From Nostoc sp. PCC 7120 = FACHB-418 (lineage in GTDB: Bacteria; Cyanobacteriota; Cyanobacteriia; Cyanobacteriales; Nostocaceae), in the NCBI RefSeq assembly GCF_000009705.1, contig NC_003272.1:6381772-6413771 (forward strand): a DNA stretch of 32,000 nucleotides, written 5' to 3'. Position 1 is the first letter of the stretch, and every line of letters starts with the position of its first letter. This document shows, one piece after another, positions 1-8,430 of the stretch. Under the pieces are notes generated by a model. The model saw only the letters and a program-made list of their open reading frames with translations, searched no databases and was not told the DNA's origin. The translations under genes were made by a program, and so were the position numbers.

Positions 1-260
1 CGGATACCGTTGGTGGAACTGGGAGCAGATAAAGTAGTGATTTGACCCTGTGGTTGCAAGCGCCCTAAAGCGGTAACAGCAACTCTCACTGGTGCCGCTT
101 TGGGAGTATTCGCGGGGGTCTTGACTGGTGCGGAAAATCTATTGGAGGACAAACTATAAAGGGATATTAGCCCAGCCGCCAAGGTGAGGGATGCTGCCAA
201 AATCAACCGCCACCGACCTTGGGGTTTGATAAATAATTGGCGTTCTTTATTTACTGCCAT
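1..260 (-). CDS. hgdB: DevB-family (HlyD-like) ABC-exporter membrane fusion protein, N-terminal 86 codons only; the gene runs off the left edge
   Basis: My own reverse-strand translation from ATG (complement of 258-260): MAVNKERQLFIKPQGRWRLILAASLTLAAGLISLYSLSSNRFSAPVKTPANTPKAAPVRVAVTALGRLQPQGQITTLSAPSSTNGIR. It shows an N-terminal TM anchor followed by the VTALGRL.P.G....LSAPSS signature typical of DevB-type MFPs. The symbol is inferred only from position next to the hgl island. Confidence 0.6.
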   Translation of the reverse strand, partial: MAVNKERQLFIKPQGRWRLILAASLTLAAGLISLYSLSSNRFSAPVKTPANTPKAAPVRVAVTALGRLQPQGQITTLSAPSSTNGI

Positions 261-881
261 ATTTTCATTCCATTTTCTAATTGTAATTATTGAGGAGATA
301 GCCCAGATGGCTATATTGGTAAACTGCTACTCATTGGCAATTCACCAAAGGCTCTTTTCTTAAATGGTTTTTTGAAAACAGGGTGTAGGAGTGTAGGGGT
401 AAAACTTTTTCATGTTTGGTGGTGAGATTTTCTTGTGAGAGACTGTCTTGAAAATGCTGTTAATGTAGTGGCATTGCTGAGTAAAAATTCCAGTCCCTAA
501 TCCGGAGTAATTCTCCGCTCAAACTTTTTGCTGCGTTTACCTTCTCTGCGAGACGCTGTGTGAATGGGCTGGTCTGTATTTAAAAGTAAAGCGTTTGCGT
601 CCTGAGAACAGAGAGGACACAACAAAGGTATTTATGCTCTTTTGATCAGCGATCGCCTGTGAATATCTAGCAAAAGACTCTACTGTCAAGAATGGCGCTG
701 ATACTGGCTGATTGACCACTGTATTATCGACGCATTATTCTTGCCCTAGCTGTGTAGTATAAGACATTCTCATGGATTCTGGGGGGAAAATCATCATTTC
801 TAGATACTGATGAAACTTATTAGGTGTATCTTAGTCGTAATTGCTTGGTGTGATAATTGACTGCACTGAAAAATAGTAACT

Positions 882-2225
882 ATGCCTACAGTACCCATAG
901 ACCAAATTAAAATCGGTCGCAACCGCCGTCCGGTCAAGGGTGAAAAAGTTGATGAATTGAAGGATTCAATCAAGACGAATGGTTTATTGAACCCCATTAC
1001 AGTGGATCAACGCCTCACCTTGATTGCTGGACTACATCGGCTGACAGCTTGTAAGTTGTTGGGGCTAGAGGCCATTGAGTGCAATATTGTTAATTATGAT
1101 GATGCTGACCAAGCCAGGTTAGCCGAAATTGATGAGAATTTGATTCGCAATGAGTTAGAACCTTTAGAGCGTTCAGAGTTGTGGTTGGAACGTGACCAAA
1201 TTCTAGCACGTATGGGACTGCGGGCGAAGGTTGGGGATAACCAACATACATTTAAAGGTAGTGAAATGATTTCACCACCTCCCAAGAGAACGATTGAGCT
1301 AGCAAAGGAAGCTGGTTACTCAGAACGCACCTTTCAGCATGGTAAGCAAATTGCCAAAAGTATTCATCCGGAAGTCAAACAACTAATTAAGGGTACAGCC
1401 ATTGCGGATAGTCCCACAGCGCTGTTACAGGTGGCGAGAGCAGGGACGCAGGAGCGGAATTTGGCTGAGGAAGCACAGCAGGCTTGGGAGTTAGCCCAGG
1501 CTAGGGGTGATCAAGAAGAGGCGGAACGACAAGCAAAGTTAATCGAAGAGTTAAAGGTAAAGCAAAAAGCAGCGCAGTTATTGGCTTATAAAAGTGCGAT
1601 CGCCCAAAAGGAAGCGAAGTTAGCAGCGAAGAAAACGCAACGCCAAGCAGAACCAGCCGCCAGTGAACCAATTACTCACACTGGGGATGAATGGATATTA
1701 GGCAGACATTTAGTGTATTGTGGCGATACAGCCAAGGCGAAATTTCGTGATTTGTTGCCTTCAGATGCAGCGCTGGCGATCGCTACCCTCTCACCCACCT
1801 GGGAGCATAATTACTTGGTAGATGAAGCCAAAGTAGTGGCAGTTATCCGTTCGGAGGGGCATATTTATGAATTTTACAAGCGTAGTCAAATGCCCTTTCA
1901 ATATGAATTATTACTAGGCAACCTTTATGTAGGAATTTTTTCTCATCAGGTAATAGCTAAACCGCAAACGCCAATTAATATTGAAGGTGTTGAAGGAATT
2001 GTTAACTATTTGATCAATTTGTACACCAATCCCAATCATTTTGTGATTGCTCCATTTATAGGACATGGTGAGATTTTAGTTACTTGTGAAAGGATGGGAA
2101 GAATTTGTTTTATTGGCGACAGTAATGCAGAATTAGTTAGTCGGGGAATTGGCAGGTGGCAAAAATGGACTAGTAAAAAAGCTATAAAATCAGTTGCTAG
2201 TGAAACCAAAATTAAAAAAGCATAA
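882..2225 (+). CDS. ParB N-terminal (ParB/Srx-like) domain protein with a central charged coiled-coil and a degenerate N6/N4 DNA-methyltransferase-like C-terminal region
   Basis: 447-aa ORF. The N-terminus, IDQIKIGRNRRPV...NPITV...LIAGLHRLTACKLLG, matches ParB-N box motifs. Residues ~195-260 are E/K/A/Q-rich. The C-terminus has GDEWILGRHLVYCGD (1684-1728), SPTW where DPPY is expected (1791-1802) and APFIGHG where DPFxGSG is expected (2049-2069). Confidence 0.7.
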   Translation: MPTVPIDQIKIGRNRRPVKGEKVDELKDSIKTNGLLNPITVDQRLTLIAGLHRLTACKLLGLEAIECNIVNYDDADQARLAEIDENLIRNELEPLERSELWLERDQILARMGLRAKVGDNQHTFKGSEMISPPPKRTIELAKEAGYSERTFQHGKQIAKSIHPEVKQLIKGTAIADSPTALLQVARAGTQERNLAEEAQQAWELAQARGDQEEAERQAKLIEELKVKQKAAQLLAYKSAIAQKEAKLAAKKTQRQAEPAASEPITHTGDEWILGRHLVYCGDTAKAKFRDLLPSDAALAIATLSPTWEHNYLVDEAKVVAVIRSEGHIYEFYKRSQMPFQYELLLGNLYVGIFSHQVIAKPQTPINIEGVEGIVNYLINLYTNPNHFVIAPFIGHGEILVTCERMGRICFIGDSNAELVSRGIGRWQKWTSKKAIKSVASETKIKKA

Positions 2226-3075
2226 TCACTCATCCATACATCAAGATAGATGAAAATGAAAGCATTAATTTGGTATTGCCACAAGCTATTACGGATTAAA
2301 ATTTATTCTGTAGCTTGTTTACCAAATACTAATTTAGATAGATGCAATTTAGGTAATTCCTAACAAGCCTTTTATATGTTTATTCTGTACAATCAATAAA
2401 ATCAATATTTGCTTGATAAATACTTATTCCTATTTATGGGTCATTTATATTAAAAAGCCCTCAAAAATCACATCTTAATTATGTCGTTATGCTGAAAAAG
2501 TAATCTATGGATTTAAGTCATTAAATTTATTTATTGCCAGAATGATTACTGATGTGATGAATAGCTTAAATCCTCTGCGAAGCAAGATATAGTTAACCTT
2601 ACTGCTTGGATCAAGCAAATTAACTGTTTGTATTTATTGGTTCTTAGTTATACTTTCTTACTATGTCTAAATTGTAATTTTCATCAACAAACCACTATTT
2701 TTTTTATAAAAATAATTTAAACAAATGATTTAGTTTCTATGAACTGTGCTATTCTTTGTATTAATTCAACGTAAAAAAGCGGCAAGGCAAATTAGTTATT
2801 TAATCCCCCGTGTAACAGCAAAAACTAAATCTAGTGAGCATGGCAGAAATAACTACTCAATTGAAAAATCTAAAGAATTTTCTTTTCCTTCTGCCTCCTG
2901 CTTACCGCCTCCTGCCTTCTCAGTACTGCATCACCATCACCTTTTATATGCTTGATTATTCGTTTAAATAATGGTGTGAATTCGGATTCGAGGTGATGTT
3001 TCTTCTGTAACGAACTTGTCAACTTTTCTGGGTCAAATCCCATAACATATATTATCCTGGACGCTGAAACTGGCT

Positions 3076-3354
3076 ATGGCATTCATCAAGATACAGAACG
3101 TTGTCATTAATACCAGCTACGTGGCTGCGGTGAAGCTAGAAAATCAAACTAGTTTGGGAGAAAAAAGCGTTTCTGTCCTAATAGCTACTCCTCAGTTGCC
3201 ATCGTTCCAGTGGGATACAATTGCTCAAAATCTCTACCATTACGAATGGATCGAATTTACTGGTCAAGCAGCTACCGTTATCCAAGATTATTTTACCAGT
3301 TTCAACAACGTGATTGACCTATTGCCACAATATCAAGAGTCAAGCGTTGGATAA
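3076..3354 (+). CDS. Hypothetical small protein (92 aa) upstream of hglE
   Basis: Intact ORF with non-repetitive composition, followed immediately by a hairpin/heptamer element (3370-3443). No recognisable motifs and a weak RBS. Confidence 0.4.
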   Translation: MAFIKIQNVVINTSYVAAVKLENQTSLGEKSVSVLIATPQLPSFQWDTIAQNLYHYEWIEFTGQAATVIQDYFTSFNNVIDLLPQYQESSVG

Positions 3355-3369
3355 CATTCTTTTGATTAT

Positions 3370-3443
3370 GGGTATAGGGGTATAAATCAGTTAACAGTTA
3401 ACAGTTAACAGTTAACAGTTAAAACCCTCAGATCCCTATACCC
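3370..3443. repeat. 10-bp inverted repeat (GGGTATAGGG / CCCTATACCC) enclosing five tandem CAGTTAA heptamers (3388-3422)
   Basis: Read directly: arms at 3370-3379 and 3434-3443, with (CAGTTAA)x5 at 3388-3422. STRR-like cyanobacterial heptamer array; may also terminate the upstream small ORF. Confidence 0.85.
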
Positions 3444-3592
3444 TCCAAATTAACAGGGTTGAATGACCAGTATGTATAGTGTGGTGTTTCAAAAAAGCAT
3501 TTAGCCTGACCTACAGCAATAGCAATTCGCAAAAATTCAGTCATAAATTCAAACTCAAAAACCTGAGAGAAGATTGGTTTTTAAATTCTAAA

Positions 3593-3620
3593 TTTTGAAT
3601 TTTGAATTTTGAATTTTGAA
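3593..3620. repeat. Tandem heptamer array (TTTTGAA)x4 with degenerate flanking copies
   Basis: Read directly: ttttgaa at 3593, 3600, 3607 and 3614, about 130 nt upstream of the hglE ATG. Confidence 0.85.
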
Positions 3621-3748
3621 TTGATACACGCTGTGCCAACGCACATAGGATAGCTAGTTGCTAACAAGAACGAATCACTTATTTTAACTGAGCAACAGAA
3701 ATTACTGTAGCTGCAAATTCCACAGTACTCCAGAACAGTATATGTCCT

Positions 3749-6700
3749 ATGTCTGCTAATCCAATTGATACAGCCTTAGCGGAGTTAGAAGCCCAAATAA
3801 ATAACTGCGAAAAGGCTTTGTTGAGGTGTATTGAGGAAAAGAAAATGAAATCAGAAAAACCAATGTCAATCAACAAAATTAATAGACAGCTACAACATAA
3901 TCCTATTGCCATTATTGGTATGGCTTCTCTACTCCCCGAAGCGAGAAATTTACGGGAGTATTGGCAAAACATAGTTAACAAAATTGATTGTATCACTGAT
4001 GTTCCTGCCACTCACTGGAGCGTTGAAGATTACTACGACCCCAACCCCAGAACCACCGAAGATAAAACCTATTGTAAACGGGGTGGCTTTATTCCTGAGG
4101 TTGATTTTAACCCAATGGAATTTGGCATTCCTCCCAGCATCTTGGAAGTAACCGATGTTTCCCAACTATTAAGTTTAGTAGTTGCGAAAGAAGCGATGGA
4201 AGATGCTGGTTACGGCGAATCTCGCGAATTTAACCGCGATTTGGTGGGGGTAATCTTGGGTGTGGCTATGGCCAAGCAATTGGGTATGCCATTGTCTGCA
4301 CGGTTAGAATATCCAATTTGGGAAAAAGTCCTCAAAAACAGTGGACTTTCCGACGAAGACACCAAGAAAATCGTCGATAAAATCAAAAGTGCTTACGTCA
4401 AGTGGGATGAGAACGCCTTCCCCGGTATGCTGGCTAACGTCGTTGCTGGACGTATCGCCAACCGCTTGAACTTTGGCGGGATGAACTGCGTCGTGGATGC
4501 AGCTTGCGCTAGTTCCTTCGGTGCTTTGAAGATGGCCATTAGCGAACTAGTGGAACATCGTGCCGATATGATGCTGACTGGTGGTGTAGACACAGATAAC
4601 ACCATCATGGCTTATATCTCCTTTAGCAAAACCCCAGCCGTATCTCCTAGTGATAACGTCAAACCCTTCGATGCAAAATCCGACGGGATGATGTTGGGTG
4701 AAGGTATCTGTATGCTGGTGCTGAAGCGTTTGGAAGATGCAGAACGTGATGGCGATCGCATTTATGCAACTATTAAAGGGATCGGTACTTCTAGCGATGG
4801 TCGTTACAAGAGCATATATGCTCCCCGCAAGGAAGGACAAGTCAACGCCCTACGTCGCGCTTATGAAGATGCGGGCTTCTCTCCCGCAACCGTTGGTCTG
4901 ATGGAAGCCCACGGTACTGGGACAATGGCTGGCGACCCCACCGAGTTCGGTTCTTTAAGAGATTACTTTGGCGAACACGACAAGAAAAAGCAGCATATTG
5001 CTTTGGGTAGTGTAAAGTCCCAAATCGGTCACACCAAAGCGGCGGCTGGTGCAGCAAGCTTGATTAAAACAGCCTTGGCACTGCACCATAAAGTATTACC
5101 AGCGACAATTAATATTACTGAGCCTAACCCCAAGCTCAACATCACAGAATCCGCTTTTTACCTCAACACCGAAACCAGACCTTGGATTCGCCCAGAAGGA
5201 GAAGCACCAAGAAGGGCTGGGGTGAGTTCCTTCGGTTTTGGTGGGACAAACTACCACGTAGTTCTCGAAGAACACGAAGCCGAACAAAATCGCCCTTACC
5301 GCTTACACAACAGCGCCAGCGAAATCTTACTGTTTGCTGCAAACCCGGCGGAACTCCTCAAACAGTGTGAGGAAGTTTTAGGTAAGTTGCAATCTGCGGG
5401 TGGTAACAAGCACTATTCCCAATTGGTACAAGATTGTCAATCAGTCGAAATTCCCCAAAATGCAGCTAGATTAGGCTTTGTCGCTGAAAATATGCAAGAA
5501 GCTTGCAAGTTCATGCAAACCAGCATTGACTGGCTGAAACACAAAGCAGGAGCAGCTAACTGGGAACATCCCCAAGGTATTTACTACCGTGCTTCCGGTA
5601 TGGAATTAAACGGTAAAGTTGTCTCCCTGTTCTCCGGTCAAGGTTCTCAATACCTGGAAATGGGACGGGAACTGGTGATGAACTTCCCCACCTTGCGCCG
5701 TCTGTTCGGTTACATGGATGGGTTGTTACTCAAAAATAACCTCCGCCCCCTATCTGAGATTGTTTTCCCCAATCCTGTGTTTGATGAAGCCCAGAAAAAT
5801 GCTCAAGTTGCTGCACTGCAACGCACAGAATACGCACAGCCAGCAATTGGGGCATTTAGCGCCGGGTTGTATTCTATCCTCAAGCAAGCTGGGTTTAAGT
5901 CTGACTTTGTAGCCGGACACAGCTTCGGGGAAATCACCGCTTTGTGGGCTGCGGGTGTGTTGAGTGACGCAGATTATATGTACCTAGTGAAAGCTAGGGG
6001 TCAAGCAATGGCTGCGCCAGAAGACCCAGACCATGATGCAGGGACAATGCTGGCGGTGAAGGAAGACCTCAACAAAATTGAACCAATCCTCAAGCAGTTC
6101 CCTCAAGTTAGCATTGCTAATTACAATTCTCCCACCCAGATTGTCTTGGCAGGGCCGACAGGCGAAATCGCAAAAGTCCGTCAAGCTCTACAAGCCCAAG
6201 GTTACGCGGCTGTACCCTTACCAGTCTCCGCCGCCTTCCACACCTCACTGATTGCTTTCGCCCAAAAATCCTTTGCGATCGCCACAAAATCAGTCCAATT
6301 CAACGAGCCAAAAATCCCTGTATTCACCAACGTTACAGGTAAGCCTTATCCCAAAGACCCCCAAGCGATTCAAAAAATCCTGGAAACCCACCTGGCTAAC
6401 TCGGTGTTGTTCAAGCAGGAAATTGAAAATATCTACGCTGCTGGCGGTCATTGCTTCGTAGAGTTTGGGCCGAAGCGGATTCTCACCAACTTGGTGAAAG
6501 ATATCCTTGGCGATCGCCCCCACATCACCGTCTCCTTGAACCCCAGCACCCAGAAGAACAGCGATCGCTCTTTGCGGGAAGCAGCCGTACAAATGCGTGT
6601 GATTGGGATGCAGTTGCACAACCTCGACCCATACCAAGCACCACCTGCACTACCCCCAGCCGAGACAAAGAAAGGTCTGAATGTCACCTTACGGGGTATC

Positions 6701-8374
6701 AACTACAGGTCAGAAAAAACCAAAAAGGCATGGGAAGACGCAATGAACGATGGGTTCAAAGTCTCCCTACCCTCTGCACCTACTGTCACAGTTCCCCCTG
6801 TCATCTCTGAACCTGTAACACCAGTCAAAGAGACTAACGGTAACGGACATGGCAAAATCGCCGAACTACCCAAGATTTTAAATAACTCTACTAGTATTAC
6901 CCCTGCCAAACCTGAAATGAATTCTGCGATCGTTTCACCCAAACTAGTCGAAGAAAAGAAGATGCAAACACCAGAAAAACTGGACAACTACAAGCGAGTG
7001 CTAGAAAGCTTAGAGTACCTGACAACTCAGTTCCAAAAAAACCAAACTGAGAACCTCCAAGTTCACGGTACTTACCTCAACCATCAGATGGAATATACCA
7101 AAGCGTTCTTCCAACTGATGCAGCAACAAAACGCCTTGTTTGCAAACGCCAAATCTTCCCAAGAAGCTGCACAGCTAAAACTAGTGGTGATGGAAAGCTT
7201 GGATCGCAGCATGATGCAGTTTCACTCCCAACAAGGTGAAACCCTCCGCATCCATGAGAAATACCTCCAAGAACAGGTGGCTTATGCTAGAAACTTTTTT
7301 GAACTGATTCAACAACAATATTCAATGGTGTTGTCTGGTCAAGTGAATACGCCAGTCATTGAGACACCAGTCAAGGAAACTCCTGCTTTCACCATTGAAG
7401 CACCCGTAACTCCCACAGCAAAAATCGTTGAGCCTCAACCTGAGTCTGTGGTCAAAAATGGCTTCAACATTGTTGATGCACCAGTTACCCTCGCACCCAC
7501 AGCTTGGCAAATTCAGTCTGAACCTGTAGTTGCAGCAACCGCTTCTGTCGTCTCTACCATTGAGCCTGAGCCAGTAATTGAAGCACCCGTAGCTGCACCC
7601 GTAGTCAACCAAGTTGTAGAATTTACTTCCGCACCTGCACCTGTAGCCGCACCAGCCATTGATGTTGCTGACTTGGATAAGAACCTCCTAGCAATTATCA
7701 GTGATAAGACTGGTTATCCAGTAGAGATGCTGGAACTGGAAATGGACATGGAGGCAGATTTAGGGATTGACTCCATCAAGCGGGTAGAAATCTTAGGGGG
7801 ATTACAAGAAGTGTATCCCGACCTACCCAAGCCCAACTTAGAAGAACTGGCAGAAAAACGCACCATCGGGCAGATTGTTGATTATCTCAAAGCTAACACC
7901 GCTATTAGCCAATCTGTAGGCATAGCAATTCAGCAAGCGCAACAAGCAGCCGAGATACCAGCACCAGTAGTTACTGCAAGTATAGCTGCACCGGAACCTG
8001 TAGTTGCTCCTACACCCATTGCACCTGAGCCAGTCGCTATTCCTGCAACACCAGAGCCGGAAGCAGTCGCAGACACCACCGACTACGCAGACTTAGCGCA
8101 AACCCTACTCAACATTACTAGCGATAAGACTGGCTACCCAGTGGAAATGCTAGAACTCGATATGGACATGGAAGCAGACCTGGGGATTGACTCCATCAAA
8201 CGGGTAGAAATCCTGGGAGCAATGCAAGAAACTTACCCCAACCTACCCAAGCCCAACATTGAGGAATTAGGCGACCTCCGCACCATTCGGCAAATTGTTG
8301 ACTACCTCCAGAAGCTGGCGGGAGGTGAAAAAAAAAGTCTCAGTCTGAGCGGGACTGGCAGCCAGTCAGTATAA
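3749..8374 (+). CDS. hglE: Heterocyst glycolipid synthase type I PKS subunit (KS-AT-ACP-ACP), PfaA-like
   Basis: 1541-aa ORF. KS: PIAIIGMASLLP, active-site Cys in VDAACASS (4505-4507), EAHGTGT, IGHTKAAAG. AT: GHSFGE, Ser codon 5921-5923. Pro/Ala/Val-rich linkers. Two ACPs with LGIDSIKRVEILG, Ser codons 7772-7774 and 8192-8194. The start could be a later in-frame ATG. Confidence 0.93.
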   Translation: MSANPIDTALAELEAQINNCEKALLRCIEEKKMKSEKPMSINKINRQLQHNPIAIIGMASLLPEARNLREYWQNIVNKIDCITDVPATHWSVEDYYDPNPRTTEDKTYCKRGGFIPEVDFNPMEFGIPPSILEVTDVSQLLSLVVAKEAMEDAGYGESREFNRDLVGVILGVAMAKQLGMPLSARLEYPIWEKVLKNSGLSDEDTKKIVDKIKSAYVKWDENAFPGMLANVVAGRIANRLNFGGMNCVVDAACASSFGALKMAISELVEHRADMMLTGGVDTDNTIMAYISFSKTPAVSPSDNVKPFDAKSDGMMLGEGICMLVLKRLEDAERDGDRIYATIKGIGTSSDGRYKSIYAPRKEGQVNALRRAYEDAGFSPATVGLMEAHGTGTMAGDPTEFGSLRDYFGEHDKKKQHIALGSVKSQIGHTKAAAGAASLIKTALALHHKVLPATINITEPNPKLNITESAFYLNTETRPWIRPEGEAPRRAGVSSFGFGGTNYHVVLEEHEAEQNRPYRLHNSASEILLFAANPAELLKQCEEVLGKLQSAGGNKHYSQLVQDCQSVEIPQNAARLGFVAENMQEACKFMQTSIDWLKHKAGAANWEHPQGIYYRASGMELNGKVVSLFSGQGSQYLEMGRELVMNFPTLRRLFGYMDGLLLKNNLRPLSEIVFPNPVFDEAQKNAQVAALQRTEYAQPAIGAFSAGLYSILKQAGFKSDFVAGHSFGEITALWAAGVLSDADYMYLVKARGQAMAAPEDPDHDAGTMLAVKEDLNKIEPILKQFPQVSIANYNSPTQIVLAGPTGEIAKVRQALQAQGYAAVPLPVSAAFHTSLIAFAQKSFAIATKSVQFNEPKIPVFTNVTGKPYPKDPQAIQKILETHLANSVLFKQEIENIYAAGGHCFVEFGPKRILTNLVKDILGDRPHITVSLNPSTQKNSDRSLREAAVQMRVIGMQLHNLDPYQAPPALPPAETKKGLNVTLRGINYRSEKTKKAWEDAMNDGFKVSLPSAPTVTVPPVISEPVTPVKETNGNGHGKIAELPKILNNSTSITPAKPEMNSAIVSPKLVEEKKMQTPEKLDNYKRVLESLEYLTTQFQKNQTENLQVHGTYLNHQMEYTKAFFQLMQQQNALFANAKSSQEAAQLKLVVMESLDRSMMQFHSQQGETLRIHEKYLQEQVAYARNFFELIQQQYSMVLSGQVNTPVIETPVKETPAFTIEAPVTPTAKIVEPQPESVVKNGFNIVDAPVTLAPTAWQIQSEPVVAATASVVSTIEPEPVIEAPVAAPVVNQVVEFTSAPAPVAAPAIDVADLDKNLLAIISDKTGYPVEMLELEMDMEADLGIDSIKRVEILGGLQEVYPDLPKPNLEELAEKRTIGQIVDYLKANTAISQSVGIAIQQAQQAAEIPAPVVTASIAAPEPVVAPTPIAPEPVAIPATPEPEAVADTTDYADLAQTLLNITSDKTGYPVEMLELDMDMEADLGIDSIKRVEILGAMQETYPNLPKPNIEELGDLRTIRQIVDYLQKLAGGEKKSLSLSGTGSQSV
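7669..8313 (+). repeat. Tandem duplication of the ACP-coding module inside hglE (period 420 nt)
   Basis: DKTGYPVEMLELEMDMEADLGIDSIKRVEILGGLQEVYPDLPKPNLEEL... is near-identical to DKTGYPVEMLELDMDMEADLGIDSIKRVEILGAMQETYPNLPKPNIEEL..., and the nucleotide strings are also closely similar. Confidence 0.9.
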
Positions 8375-8430
8375 TCGGGAACGTCCCACGCCGTCCAGCC
8401 AAACTCAAATACCTGCCAACACCGGATAGC

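Noticed and set aside
876-889. GTA-N8-TAC (NtcA-type) match GTAACTATGCCTAC
   Set aside because: It overlaps the ATG (882) of the ParB-like gene and is not positioned near -41.5 of any promoter. A single 6-nt-information match is expected by chance in 32 kb.
537-997. Minus-strand ORFs 537-719 and 800-997
   Set aside because: The first is built partly from the dispersed repeat at 513-556. The second overlaps the start of the ParB-like gene in antisense. Neither shows motifs or an RBS.
2746-2955. 69-aa plus-strand ORF in the AT-rich spacer
   Set aside because: The start is non-ATG in the sequence (gtg/ctg context). The product is low-complexity and ends in HHHHLLYA, derived from the polypyrimidine repeat. 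There is no RBS.
3388-3422. Tandem repeat arrays (here and at 3593-3620, 16554-16581, 20343-20368) considered as CRISPR
   Set aside because: The units are 7 nt with no spacers and there are no cas genes. These are STRR-type heptamer arrays, not CRISPR.
3632-3645. Palindrome TGTGC-CAAC-GCACA upstream of hglE, considered as a CRP-family (DevH/NtcA) site
   Set aside because: The half-site spacing (TGTG-N6-CACA) is 2 nt shorter than CRP (TGTGA-N6-TCACA) or NtcA (TGTA-N8-TACA) consensus sites, so the family assignment is unsupported. It remains just a short palindrome.
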